64,000 bases of DNA, from NCBI GenBank assembly GCA_964016885.1, contig OZ024742.1, positions 229,896,001-229,960,000 of the forward strand, given 5' to 3'. Made by a program: the position numbers and the translations under genes. Shown here piece by piece: positions 1 to 13,635 of the stretch. Origin of the DNA: Eledone cirrhosa. Lineage: Eukaryota. A model generated the notes under the pieces. That model did not search any database, had not been told where the DNA came from, and worked only from the letters and a program-made list of their open reading frames with translations. Position 1 is the stretch's first letter. Every line of letters begins with the position of its first letter.

Positions 1-5
1 ACTTC

Positions 6-236
6 GTGCCCATTTCCTGCTCGACTTGCCGACATATCTTCCACAGGATCTGCAGCGACCTGACTCGAATACAGAAAAAGAGTCCTCAAGGCTTCGTGTG
101 TGGCTTCTGTCGGGGGAATAATGTTGTGCCTACCATCCGTCCTGCAGCGATCTCCATTCGCCGATGTCAAATCTGCCATGCAAAAATTCTTTCAGACAAC
201 ACGCCCCTCTTATGCTCTACATGTCTTCTGCGGTGA
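6..236 (+). pseudogene. PHD-finger-like coding fragment, probably from the ORF1 of another LINE
   Basis: CSTCRHIFHRIC...FVCGFC fits the second half of a PHD finger and is followed by CQIC...CSTC, the start of a second one. Unlike the Tx1 ORF1s elsewhere in the window. Confidence 0.45.
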
Positions 237-399
237 TGGGAGGAGTCGTCTGAACACATCTGGCTACGATGCATTGGCGATCGAGAGAAACCATCACCAA
301 CTGGGCACATCCTTAGAGGAATTAGTCCGTCTCCCAGTTGCTTCTCTAGCGCTTCTGAGGAGGATCTTCAGGCGCCTGAGGTGATTAAAAGAAAGAAGA

Positions 400-3300
400 A
401 GAAGCGACAGCAGTGGCGGCATCACTAACAGTCGCAGTAGCTACACCGGCGCCAAAATCGCCGGAGCGGGCTCCACTACCGCCACCAATAGCAGTGGAGC
501 TCATACCCCTGCCAGACGCCACGGAATCCGACATATAGTATGAGGCGGGATGGAAGTGGCAAACGGTCTGCCAAAAAAGCAAATAAGGAAAATCCCCTTA
601 GCTTCACCCTCCAAAAGCGAAGGCAAACAAGAGGGTAAAGGCTGCAATGAGACTTGCAGCAATCCCACCACCATCACCATCACAAACATCACCACCACCA
701 ACAACCACACCACCACCAGCACCACCAAAAACACCAATATCGCAAACACAACAAAACACACACACCCAACAGCAACAACAAGAAAACAGCAACAAAATCA
801 CCCCTCCCTCCAAAACGTACGTAGCCATAAATATGGCAAATAAAAGAACTCTTACCACATATAAAGCAGCACACAGACATCACAGAAAAAAACTACTACA
901 CCCCACCAACACCAAGAACTCTCCCGAAAAACATAAACATCATTAAAAGAAAAATTCCCAACGTAGTTGGAGACTTCAGAAGGTCTGTTACCAAGAGGAT
1001 ATACACCGACATCCCCTTGGAAACACCCATGACCAACCAAAGGGACGGTTCTACTGTCCCTTCACCACACGATCAAGGTAAGTGATCCTTTCTCACTTAG
1101 CCCGTTTCTCACCCAACATGACCGTATTAGAATATGCAGTATAAATGTACGTGGCCTGGGATCATCTTGGAAGCAGGGTCACATGCTCAACGACCTCAGG
1201 TTACTAAACATAAATGTGTTGGCCATCAGCGAGACCAGAATCTTCAAAGCACGAGCCTTCGCAGCGATCTTCGGCGGCTACGATATATACAAATCTCCAA
1301 GCCGTCCAGGATCGGGGAGAGGGGTTGCCGTGCTTTTTCGGAGAGGCTTGGATCTCGCCATACAAGCCATCTTTCTGGACCCAGAATGTAAGTCGGTGGT
1401 GCCGACAGAGGCAGGGCGGCCAGATTTCTTCAGACGTCTTGAGACCTTTCTTGGAACGTCCCGCTCTTTAGTATTAGTGGGCGACTGAAATGGTATCTCA
1501 GATGCATGCTGGGATTATGTGGGGCTAGTAGACAGGGAAGGAGGGTGTAAAAGCCTCAAGAACCTGCTCAGACGTTTTGAACTCTCTGACAGGTATAGAC
1601 TGGATTATCCGAATGTTCCAATGTGCACATGGGCAAATCGCATCGGGTCATCCAGATCGTATTTAGATAGGGTATTCTGTAGGGAAACAGATAAGGCTAG
1701 CGTAGGCTGTCCTCAATTTAAAGTAGCCGGATCAGAAATTTTTGATATGTGAAGTTGACTTAGATAAAATCCATAGGCAAGGGCTCAGCTACGTCGTTCC
1801 CGGCGCGCAAAGCTTACAGAGACCGGATTAGCAAATTAGTTAAGTGTGCGTTGACGGGTGCGATCGTCAACAACAGGTGTTGGTTTACCCTGAAAAGGGC
1901 TATTAGAGTAGAATCGATAACGTTTAGCAAAGGAGTAGTGATAGAGGAAAATAGAGTAGAGGGAGAGTTAGTTAGACAGCTAGAAGGGGCGTTTAGGACA
2001 GTCATCGCAACCGACCTGCTTGCGGCGAGATTGGCACTCGACCAATTCTTCAACGCACAGCATGAAGGCTGCGTTGTCAGAGTTAGAGCGCGTGCTCTAA
2101 GAAACGAGGGGACGAAAGCCGTTCAATGGGCCCGGGTGGTGGAGGCGCGCGACGTGGCAATAAGTCCACAATTCGGTCTTTGCCTAATCAAAACGGGCGC
2201 ATGTTGCTCGAACCCGAGTAGGTGTGTGCAGCTTTTCAACAGCACTTTGCTCAATTGTTCGGGAGCGGCGGCGGACCGGATCGGAGTATGGACCTCGGTG
2301 CGTACCTTGACGGACTGCCGCGGCCCTCGACGACCGCAGCGCAGTGCTGCGAAAAGCCGATAACAGCAGGTGAAATACGGGAAGCGATGTCTGACTGTAC
2401 CAGGGTAAATCGCCAGATTTGGATGGTCTGCTCTACGAGCTTTATGCGTATATGCCAGACTTGTTCGGCGACCTCTTGGCAGATGTCTACTGCAACTGGC
2501 AGCAGAACGGGATTATTCCCAGTTTTGTGAGCCGGGGAGCGGTGGCGCTGCTGAGAAAAGACCCGAACAAGGGGGACGTTACAGACAACTTCAGGCCCAT
2601 AACTTTGTTAAACGCAGAGTTTAAGATTTTGGCCAAGGTGTTAGCAAAGACATTGGCGCTTGTCGTCGGTGATCTGATGGGAGAGGCGTAGACATGCGCC
2701 ATCCCGGACAGATCTATCCACGACAACCTCCATTTCAGGCGATACATTATAGAGAGAGTGGTTAGGAAACCTGGCACGAGTGGGGCCCTGATCAACTTGG
2801 ATCAATCTAAAGCATTTGATAGGGTCGACCATCGGCACCTGGCTGCGGTCCTCGAGGCGGCCGACTTCGGGCTCGTTTTTAAGGGCTGGATCGCTCCGAT
2901 GCACAGCGACATCGGCTCGATTGTGAGGGTAAATGGTCACCTGTCGCAGCCTTTCAGCATCATGCGCTCGGTCCGCCAGGGTTGGCCCCTCTCGTCTCTC
3001 TTGTACGTACTGGTCCTAGATTGGAGACGTTTTGGGGGGTCCCACGCGAACTGGGATGCGGGAGATCCGTGTCAGCTTACGCCGACGACGTCACCGTGGT
3101 GGTGTCGAGCACCAAACACGTCCAGATGCACGGCACCCCTCTCAAGGAATACGAAGCTGTGACAGGTGCAAAGATAAACCTGGAAAAGTCGGTCCGCTTG
3201 CAAATCGGCAACTGGAGAGGCAAGTCCATGCCGTCCGACAGCTTCCTGGGGCGCTGGACGGAAAGATCTATTAAATTGCTCGGGGTCTGGTTCGCTCCGG

Positions 3301-4702
3301 CCCTCCAGATGAAGAAAAACTGGAGCGAGGTGACGAGCAGGGTGGCCTCTCTCACCCAGAAATGGGCCGAGAGGAGGCTGTCTCTGAAAGGTCGGTCGGA
3401 GGTTGCGAATAGCGTACATAGCGTCCGTCATCCGCTACCGCCTGACCGTCATACCTTGCCCCCGCCCAAATCTGACCAAAATGGAGCACCTTCTATTCCG
3501 CTTTTTGTGGAAGGGACGTGCTCCCATGGTCAGATGATCCATTTTCTGTCGCACCCGTTGCGTGTAGCACTAGGCATTCTGTGGCTGATGATGCGCTAAC
3601 ATGCGCTGAGTCTGCGACATCTCTGGTGCTTCCTTGACGGTGAACAGGTGTGGTCGCCGTTTGCCAGACGCGCTTTTCCCCAGCTCGTCTCCTTGACTGA
3701 GCTGCAGTCCTGGATCAGGAGAAGACCGAGGAATAGCGCTTGGAAGCTGGAATGTCTCCAAGCGCTCACCGCCCTCTACCAGCTGGGCAGTAGTATCGGT
3801 GGAACTTCCACCTCAGCGTTCTATAGAGGGCTAGTGGAGGGAAAGAGCGACGAAGCTCTCGGGGAGACCCTGGGCGTCGAAGAGGATCAGCTGTTCGCTC
3901 TCTTCAAGAGAACTTTCAGACCGGGCATATGGATAACTTCCAGAAATCCCTGGCCTGGCAGTGGTACTGGGGAGCGTTGCCGGTTCGGGATAAGCTTTAC
4001 AGGCACGGAGGTGCTGTCAGCTGAGCCTGTCCGAGATGCATGCAGGGCGACGAAACCGTCCTACATGCACTCGTTCAGTGCCCGAGGATTGCTGACTTGT
4101 GGAGCTATGTCGAACCGTTGCTGTCGCCTGTAGGACGGATCCGATTATCGACTGAGTCCATTGTGCAGATAGCCCCGCCATCCTCTTTAAAGGAGGAATG
4201 CAGGTACTTTTCATCTGCCTGGTGGCCATGGCGAAAAACATTGTGTGGTGGACAAGTTTGAAAGGATTGAAGACGGATACTTTCCTCTCCGGCCAATCCC
4301 TGATTAACTTTTTCAAGTTTCACTTGAAGAGGAAAATCAGGGTGGAGAGGCAAGTGCTGTCTTCTAGTAAGTTGAAAGGTGGGTGAAAGTAGCGAGTCTG
4401 GTCCGAGAGAACGGGCCCCCTCTGAGTATACGCCTGTAGACTGAGGAGTTGGAAAAGTGAAAGAAGGCGCTTGCCCTGGTGATCAGGGTGGCCGTGGTCT
4501 TTTGTGTAGTTTTCACCACGAGTTACCCTCGGAGGTTTCCCACTTCTTCGGGAATTTTTGTTGTTTGAGTTTTTTTTATTTCTAGCCCGATTTTGTTATA
4601 ACCTGTTTACAGGACCAAAACCCACTTTGCATCCTCCTGTACTATTCTATGCCGTCTCTAATGTTTTTCTCCGTGTCAGCCCTTGTGGCCAATAAAGAAA
4701 TC
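400..4702 (+). mobile_element. Tx1/L1-clade non-LTR retrotransposon, copy A (degenerate, 5' part missing)
   Basis: Thr/Pro-rich ORF1 C-terminus ending at ~1085. Disrupted APE-RT ORF2 1118-4439 (AISETR, FRPITLLN, LDQSKAFDRV, YADD). 3' end cccttgtggccAATAAAgaaatc followed by (ATT)n. Confidence 0.9.
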
Positions 4703-4721
4703 ATTATTATTATTGTTATTT

Positions 4722-5368
4722 TTATTTTCTTTCATTAATGTCTCTGAGATATATGCCGAGTGTCTTCCTGACACCTAGGGCAAATAAATTCACAGTGTGC
4801 ATTGATAAGCCAGTTGATACAGCACATTGATTATAATTTAAAAAAAACAAAAAAAAAACAGTATACATATATACACATGTGCATATGCATATGTAAATAA
4901 AAGAAGGGATATCAATCTTACAGAGATAGTGCTCTTCTTAACACGTGTGCAGTACCAGTCAAAACAATTTTTGCAACCAGGAACCATTCGCAAATATTGT
5001 TCTGTTCCTTTCTTGATCATTCCCAGTCCTCCCACAATCACTGGTATTGTAACGGCCTTGAGGTGCCACATTTTCTAAATTTCAATAAGCAGATCTTTAT
5101 ATTTTCGTAGCTTGTCAAATTCTTTTGCCGCGATATTGTGATCACATGGGATGCTCATATCTATCACTAGACAGACCTTGTTATGTTGATCTTTTACAAT
5201 GATGTCAGGTCTATTTGCTTTTATGGTCCTGTCAGTATGTACAGGAAATTCCCAGAGAATTGTTACTTTTTCTCCTTCAGTTACAGCCTCAGGGTGATGA
5301 TTGTACCACTTGTCTTCAGCTTTGATTTTGTAATGCCGACATATTACCCAGTGTAGATATTGGCCAAC
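4722..5368 (-). mobile_element. R4/Dong-clade 3' fragment (RLE domain), 5'-truncated, family distinct from the main Dong family
   Basis: Minus strand encodes ...HWVICRHY...NRPDIIV...IDMSIPCD...KYKDL...MWHLKAVTIPVIVGGLG (PD..D..K endonuclease). Bounded by ATT-type tracts. Confidence 0.85.

Positions 5369-5435
<67 letters not shown>
5369..5435. repeat. (ATT)n microsatellite at element junction
   Basis: Pure ATT run between an R4 fragment and the Tx1 5' end gaatgccatgg. Confidence 0.98.
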
Positions 5436-8385
5436 GAATGCCATGGTTGACGGAGGCTAGGCTCTGTAAGGTATACTAATTTTTTACCGCTATAACAATT
5501 GTAAATTGTTTAAAACTTGAACCAAATTGTAGATAAAAATACTCTCCTCCTCGTGAGAGGGTTCTTTCTGCCCGTTATTTGGCCCTTCGGGGTTAAACAA
5601 CCGCTTATTGGGGTTTTGTGCCCAATATTCATTTTAAACCGTAAAAAAAACATGGCTACAAAAAAAATGTTCACAAGTCACTGCCACTCTTTCCGTCTTC
5701 TTCTTCCTCAATCGTCATTACATCAGAGAGAAGATTGTCTCTATCCCTCCCTTCTCTAAATGTGGTGTCACCTCTTTCGCAAGCAACGCCATTAAAGAAA
5801 AAGAAAAATATAGTTTCTGGTAGCTTTCACCAAGAGAACGTGCATACCGTGGAACATTTCTCCACGACGACGACAACGACGAAACATGTGTGCGGTAAAT
5901 ACGGAAAGCCATTTCATTCGTCTGACGTCATGAAGAATAGCAGCAGCAGCCGTAATAACAGCAACAGCAGCAGCAGCAGCAACAGTGACAAAGAAAATAG
6001 TAGTAGCAGCCGCAACAACATCAGCAGCAGCATAAACAACAACAGCAGCAACAGCAACGACAACAGCAGCAACAGCAACAACAACAACCACAGCAACAGC
6101 GGCGGCGGCAGTAGTGGTAGTACCTGCAGCAACAACAAAAGTAACAGCAGCTCTGACGACAACAACAACAACAACAGCAGCAAAAAAAACCAATCTCGTT
6201 TGCAGGTATCGCAAAGAACTTGGAAACCATCCTTATAACAAATGAGGAATTACAGGAAGAAAAGAAGATGGTGAGGAAAACCGGACACCGAGCAATCTGG
6301 TGTGGCAGCGGAAAACGCATATCACCCGAGGCAAGAAATATGCCACCGTGGACGTGCTTTTTTGCCACACCCCAGGAGGCAAAGGCTCAATCCTTAGTGA
6401 CCCTAAGGAGCGAGGAAATGGTGTTGGTCCCCTCCTACTGCGGGCAAAAATTTGTGAGGGCCCCTTCTTGGCTGGCCGCGTCTGTCCTCGTCGGAATCGA
6501 GGACAAAACAACTGTACTGCAAGTACAGAAAAAAGTACGAGAAGATTGGGTCGGCGCCTCCATTGAGATGTTAATTCAAACCAACCAGGAGTGCATCGAA
6601 GCTATCTCGGATTTGATAGACTTCGATAACGGCACTCAACTGCCCATAAGTGTTGAGGGCAAACGCCCGAAATGCTTTCGCTGTGGGTCGAAGACTCACC
6701 TCAGGGCCTTCTGCAATGAGAAGACCCTGAGAAAGAAGAAAACCCCCCTCCTTCCTAAACCGGCTCCACTGCTACCAGCAACAGGACAGGTGACAAGTAG
6801 GAAGGATAGGTCCGTGGCACTCATACCCACGCCACGGAAATCAAAAACAGCAGCAGCAGTGGAAGTATTAACAACAGCAACAGTAATACCAACTGCAGCT
6901 GCAACAGAGACTCCACTGTAACCATCACCAACAAGAACAAGTGAAAGAGTGGAGCTGGTACACCTCCCCGACCTCACAGAATCGGACATGGAGTGTGAGG
7001 TGGGAGAGGGATGACAAAAGGTCGCAAGAAACACAAACGCAGAAGGAGTGCATCGTCTTCTTCGAAAAGGGAGGGAAGAAATGAAATAAGGGTGAAGGCT
7101 ACTGCAAAGAGACTTACAGCAGCAACACCACCAACACCATCACCACCCACACTAGCACCACCATCACCAACGGCGGCATCCCCACCGCCAACAACAACAA
7201 CACCTTCAACACCACCACCACAAGCACCAACATCGCAAACACAACAAAACACGCATACCCAGCATCAACGACAAGAAAATAGCAGAACCACACCCCATCC
7301 CCAGAAAGAGAAATGCACAGCAATAAATACACACAACAAGAAACTAATGACTTACATAATTGAACACACAGACATTTCACAGCACGACTACATAATACCA
7401 AGACCATAACGAACATAAGACTGGTGAGAATAGCACAGAAACAATACACATACATTAAAGTGAAATTCCCCAACGCAGTTGATGATTTCAGAGACCTAGG
7501 AGAGACACTCAACCGGAGAGTATATTCAAATATACTCACAGAAGAGCCGACGTCCAGCTGAAGCGACGATTCAACGGTCCCTTCACCAGGCGATCAAGTG
7601 AAAAGGGATGGATAAAACACACTTCCTCTACGAGAAGTAAGGTAAGTGGTCTTTCCCATCTTTTCCACTCCATTTCAAAATGACCTCACTCAGAATAGGC
7701 AGCATAAATGCGCGTTGCTTGGGGTCGTCATGGAAGCAGGGCCACCTGCTCAAGGATCTCAGGTTACTAAACATAGATGTGGTGGCCATCAGCGAGACCA
7801 GCATCTCCGAGGCACGGGCCTTCGCACCGATCTTCGGCGGCTACGATGTGTACGCATCTCCCAGCCGCCCTGGATCGGGGGGGGGAGCACTTGCATGCTT
7901 TTTCGAAGAGGTTTGGATCTCGCCATACGGGCCATCTTCCTGGACCCAGAAAGTAAGTTGATGGTGCTGTACGTGACCAGCGGAGACGGGCAAGCTTTCA
8001 GGTTAGTATCCGTCTATGCCCCGACAGGAGCAGGGCGGCCTGATTTCTTCCGGCGTCTGGAGACCTTTCTAGGAACGTCCCGCTCTTTAGTGTTAGTGAC
8101 GACTGGAACGGACTCTTAGATGCACGCTGGGACTGTGTGGGATTAGCGGATAGAGGAGGAGGGTGCAAGAGCCTCACCAACCTGCTCAGGCGTTTTGAAC
8201 TGTCTGACAGGTACCGATTGGATTTCCCGAATGTGCCAATGTGGACTTGGACAAACCGTATCGGGTCATCCAGATCATATCTATATAGAGTATTTTGTAG
8301 GGAAATAGATAGGTCTAGCATAGGCTGTCCACAATTCAAGATAGTCAGCTACACAGACCACAAACTCCTGATCTGTGTGGTTGAT
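5436..8385 (+). mobile_element. Tx1 copy B, 5' end present, 3'-deleted
   Basis: Same 5' UTR as copies C and D. Frameshifted ORF1 5652-7645 with CFRCGSKTHLRAFC knuckle. ORF2 APE domain from 7680 breaks off after YTDHK. Confidence 0.92.
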
Positions 8386-11300
8386 TTCTCCTTGTTGTCA
8401 TTTCCTCCTTGGACATCCCTTGGTCTATTGTCCTCTCCTTCAGTACAATTCTGAGCATTGGCTCCCCACTATCAGTCACGTATTTGTGTAGGTTGTTTTT
8501 CTCCATCTGAACAAAGTCCTCTATGCTGATAGAATCACTTCCACCTTCAGATCTCCTTAAGTAGAGTCTATCGACATCACTCCTCTTGTGGAACATGTTG
8601 TAGATAGTCAATAGCCTCCTAGTCTTCCTATCCATTTCTATTTGTTCAGCAACAATATATCTCAGAATTCCCGCACTGTGCCTAATAATAGACACAGCTC
8701 GGGAATTTACTGCACTTATGGCATTCCTACTGTTCAGATGTGACTTTAATACGCTCCTTACTCTCCAAATGTATTCAGATCTTATCAATTCCTTCATTTT
8801 TTTGTTCTTGATGTCATCAGCCTCCAGAAAACCTAAATATTTGTATCCTTCTTCAGTATCAATATCCTTTATCATCTCACCTGTTGGTACCTGGATTCCG
8901 TTGCTTCTGCTCAATTTACTCCTCTTCATCACAAGGACTCCACAGTTGCTAGTACCAAATTGCATACATATATCATTGCTGAAAATACGGACAGTGTCAA
9001 CAAGCACATCCAACTCCTTCTCACTCTTCCCGAAGAGCTTAAGATCGTCCATGAAGAGGAGATGATTGATGGTAAGCTCTCCCTTTCCCAACTTGTATCC
9101 TGCTCTCACTTTTCGCAGTATAATGGTCAGGGGCATCATGGCAAGGACAAACAACAGAGGGGACAAACTCTCTCCCTGGAAGATACCTCTCTTGATCTTC
9201 GCGCCTCCCAAGGATTCTCCGCCCGATGTTAACTCTGTTTTCCAGGACTTCATACTTTTGCTCAACAACTGCCTGATGTTATCTGCCACCTTGAAGATCT
9301 CCAGGCTTTTGGTGATCCAAGAATGAGGCACCATGTCAAATGCCTTTTTGTAGTCTATCCATCCCATGGCAAGAGCAGTGTGTCTCCTCTTGCAATTCCT
9401 CATTACCATCTTATCAATAAGTAACTGGTCCTTTGTACCACGGGACTTATTTCGGCCTCCTTTCTGTTCGTCCGGTAACAAATTGTTTATGTGGAGGTGA
9501 TAGTAGATTTCCTCATACACAATGCTTGTCAACAGTTTCCACATTACGGACAGACATGTGATAGGTCTATAGTTGGTAACATCATTACCCTTGGTTCGGT
9601 CTTTCATTACCAGAACTGTGGTACCTTTTTTCAACCACTCTTGTACCTCACCCGACATCAAGCAGTCATTGAACATGTTTGTCAGTTTCGGGTGGAGGGA
9701 TGTTATATTTTTAATCCAATACCTCTGCACACCATCTGGGCCTGGTGATTTCCAGTTGGTTAGTTTCCTGGCCTGCCCCTTAAGAGTTTCAACTGTGATA
9801 CTCAAATCAGTTTGTTGGCGTGCCTGTTCACTAATCTCCTTCTGTACTGTCTCAATCCACACTGCCATGTCATTATGTTTAACATCCTTCTCTCATATTC
9901 CTCTCCAGAATGTTTTAGTTTGTTCCGCCTCAGTGATCAAGTCGTTCCCTCTTCCTTTCCCTTCAAGCTGTCCAAACAACATCTTCTGGTTGTTGTCAAA
10001 CATGCGGTTGTGTCTATACTGGCTGACTCTGTTCTCGTATCGCCTAATATTTGCGCTCTTTGCTACTATGCGTTGCTTCAGTTCCTCTATGATAATATTT
10101 AGCTTTTTCCTCCTTGTTTTGTACTGTATTTCCAGGCTATTGTTAGTGTTTAAGTTTTGTATTGTCCCATTCAGTAGGGACTCAAGCTTTCCAATGTCAT
10201 TTCTCATTTCCCTGATTTGACCATTCAGTCGTTTCTTTCACCAAGGTTCTGATCTTTCTTGTTTGTTGTTTCCTCTCGCTTTTGTGTCAAGTAATTTCCT
10301 CACTGCATTTGCTGTTGCTTTGGGGATATTTGTGCACTGCTGAAGGTTCCTCGCCTCAAGGTATGTGATGACTTTGTTTACCTTAGCTGTTGTTTCTTTT
10401 AACTTTTTCCTGTCTACAAATATTAGGTTCATAGGTTTCCCACGATCATTGTTCATTTGAAATAGCTTGCTTTTGTTTTGGACTGAAACATTTTTGTATT
10501 TTATTCGTACGAGAATTTTTTAAAGAATCTAAGATAACTTGATTTGGCCCAGTAATCTACTGATATCAAAATCAGTAGTATATTGAAGAATGGAAAAATA
10601 GGGGGGGGGGGGGGCGTTTTGTGATTTCGAGGGTTGAGAACCTAAAATGGGTTGAGAACGCTAAAATCACCGGGGCTGATGAAATCACTGGGGGCGGTAA
10701 AATCACCGGTGGTTATGTAACCATACATTCACAAATCCTCGATATGAGTGTTTAAATGTCGAACCTAAGTTTACCACTAAGTTTAGGATATCAACCGAAT
10801 CTTGTCCTAGCCCGTCAGCATTCATTTCCTCAATGGCCGTATCTTTGTTCCAGGTATTATTTATTTCAGCATTTAGATCATTGTCTGATTCGGATGCTTC
10901 CTGCGTTCTCTCAACCTCTTCACATTCATCTCCCACTTGCTCGTTTGCCTGGCATACTCCAATCTAATCTCTCTGCTGAGTTCCTCCAGTTCCAGCTTGC
11001 TTATCCACCCATTAGTTCTTATTACCCGAGCCTGCCCGGCTAATTTTTGTTAATCTAATTTAAATAGTGCAATCTCGTTCCAGATGCTATGCATCCGTTT
11101 CCTATAGCCTTTTTCCTTGGGGTTACTCTTCATGTAACATTGCATAACAGTTCTATTCAATTCTTTCGTCCAGTTGGTTCTTGTCCCTTTCCTTCTTCTT
11201 CTTCCTCTAACACCACCAGTATTTGGATGACAGCCATCTCCCTGCTGCTGGGCCAGGGAGCACCTGGTGGGTGAGAGTCTGTCACATGACACTCCAGTCT

Positions 11301-11430
11301 CCACTTCACCGTTATTCGAATTGTTTAGGTTCGACATTTAAACACTCATATCGAGGATTGCTGAATGTATGGTTACATAACCACCGGTGATTTCACCGCC
11401 CCCAGTGATTTCATCACCCCCGGTGATTTT
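8386..11430 (-). mobile_element. R4/Dong copy 1, coding part (3'-deleted, degenerate)
   Basis: ORF starts at 11337 (MSNLNNSNN...NWTKELNRTVMQCY). RT motifs [45 protein letters not shown] in 8345-9868. Collinear with the copy at 29891-34835. Confidence 0.92.
10456..10768 (+). repeat. ~310-bp inverted duplicate of 11325-11630 inserted in the Dong ORF
   Basis: tttgaaatagcttgc...gtcgaacctaa is the near-exact reverse complement of ttaggttcgac...gcaagctatttcaaa. Confidence 0.92.
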
Positions 11431-11962
11431 ACCGTTCTCAACCCATTTAAGTTCTCAACCCTCGAAATCAAGACCCCCCCCCCCCCTATTTTTCCATTCT
11501 TCAATATACTACTGATTTTGATATCAGTAGATTACTGGGCCAAATCAAGTTATCTTAGATTCTTTAAAAAATTCTCGTACGAATAAAATACAAAAAGTTT
11601 CAGCCCAAAACAAAAGCAAGCTATTTCAAATTATATATTTTTGAAATAAAAAAAAACATTTGATCTCAGTCGAAAAAGCATTTTTTTTTTTTAATTCTAT
11701 ATTTCACTGTTAGCTGTTGTAATATTTTGAGTGGATAGACAATTGAAACTGCAAAGTAAAAATACAAAAGATGCAAAATATGAAGAATTTCTTACCTTTC
11801 TCTGAAATCACAAACTCAGGGGAAAAATAGTACCTTGCAAAATAATATACCTCATAGCAAAATAAGTAGTAAGGAATGAATTGAGAAGCTTGGTGACTGA
11901 GAAAGCAATATTTTTTATCCCTTATATATAAACATAGATAGACACACACACACACGCACACA

Positions 11963-12004
<42 letters not shown>

Positions 12005-12140
12005 CACACACACAAACTTGTGTGTGTGTGTGCCTTGGTACAGAAGAATTTCGTCTACAGTTTTTTATTGCCAGGTCAAAAGCTACAGCTCTTTTCAACA
12101 ACGCCAAATAACAACGCTCCACACATACACACACGCACAT

Positions 12141-12173
<33 letters not shown>

Positions 12174-12234
12174 AATGAAGAGAAAAAGAGGGAGGGACAG
12201 AGAGAGCAAAAAATGTGTGTGTGTTTGGTACACG

Positions 12235-12271
<37 letters not shown>

Positions 12272-12370
12272 TTATCTCCAACAGGGGGCTCACACATGCG
12301 GCCTGCGAACTACTTATCTGTGGCCCGTGGTAGAACCAATATTTCATATCGCATTATAACTGGTGAAAAT

Positions 12371-12583
12371 AAGGCGGCGAGCTGGTGGAACCGTAGTACA
12401 TCTGGTGAAGTGCTTAACGGTACTTCTTCCGTTTTTACGTTCTGAGTTCAAATTCCGCCGATCTCAAATTTGACTTACATCCTTTTTGGGTCGATGAATT
12501 AACTACCAGTTGTGTACTAGGATCGATGCAATCGACTGAACCCTAAACCCCAAATTTCATGCCTTGTTCATATAGTAGAAATG
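12371..12583 (+). mobile_element. tRNA-derived SINE with 18-bp TSD
   Basis: Head ggcggcgagctggtggaac, B-box-like gagttcaaattcc, central catcctttttgggtcgatg..taccagt. TSD attataactggtgaaaat at 12353-12370 and 12584-12601. Confidence 0.85.
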
Positions 12584-12686
12584 ATTATAACTGGTGAAAA
12601 TGTTCACCCACCACCACGTTTGGCCCACTGTGCCTCTCCTCCAGGACGTAATAGCCCTTTTGTGTCCTTGAGCTTGAGACCCCTCT

Positions 12687-12745
<59 letters not shown>

Positions 12746-12809
12746 CCCCACCCCACCCCACCCACACACACACATACACACACATATATATTTTTCTTTT
12801 TTTCTGTCT

Positions 12810-13061
12810 CTGGACTACGCCCATGCTGGAGCATCACCTTGGTAAGTTATGGGGCACCTTGATAAATTATGGGGACGTCAACAAACCAACAAGCATTGGT
12901 GGGAGTGGGCAAACGCAAAGACACACACAAACATTTATACATATATACGACGGGCTTCTTTTAGTTTCCATCTATCAAATCCACTCATAGGGCTTTGGTC
13001 AGCTCGGGCAGTGGGACTGAACCCGGAAATATGTGGTTGGGAAACAAGCTTCTTGTCACAC

Positions 13062-13062
<1 letters not shown>
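12810..13062 (-). mobile_element. Degenerate tRNA-derived SINE-like repeat
   Basis: Minus strand begins tRNA-like: gtgtgacaagaagcttgtttcccaaccac...ccgggttcagtccc (B-box-like). Boundaries approximate. Confidence 0.5.
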
Positions 13063-13105
<43 letters not shown>

Positions 13106-13204
13106 AACCAGTAAGACCCCGACAGCTGAGCTCAAGCCGTTTCGACGGCTAATATTCTATATACGATATTAAATAAATGGAAACTACATTTATAAAACCA
13201 TATT

Positions 13205-13270
13205 TATTTCATTATATATATTTCAGGGATATCATATTAACAATATGCTATGCCTTCCTCAGACAAAATA
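13205..13270 (-). ncRNA. Type I hammerhead ribozyme in the 3' pLTR
   Basis: Reverse complement of the motif at 17095-17160. Confidence 0.8.
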
Positions 13271-13604
13271 CAATATAGACAGTTTTATAGATAAATAGAT
13301 TTGACATACCGTTCAACATCGACTTGTATTTGAAAAGTTGATTTGGCAGTGAAAAATTGTAAACAGAAAGAAAGAAAGAGAGAAAGAAGGAAAGAAAGAA
13401 AAGAAAGAAAGAAAACGAAGAAAAAGAAGAAAAAGAAGAAATGCATGTAACAAAATAGAGAGATGGAAAGATAGATAAAGAGAAGAACTTCATGTAAAGA
13501 AACAGAGAGAGATATATATAGAGAGAGGAAATAGATAGAGATAGATATATATAGAGAAAAGTAGGTAGTTGGACATCCGTTGAATAAACGTATCAATGAT
13601 ACAT

Positions 13605-13635
<31 letters not shown>

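Noticed and set aside
11710-13600. Short ORFs such as poly-YI, CV, HT, poly-L or poly-I, and antisense ORFs over the LINEs throughout the window
   Set aside because: Translations of microsatellites or shadow frames of TE ORFs.
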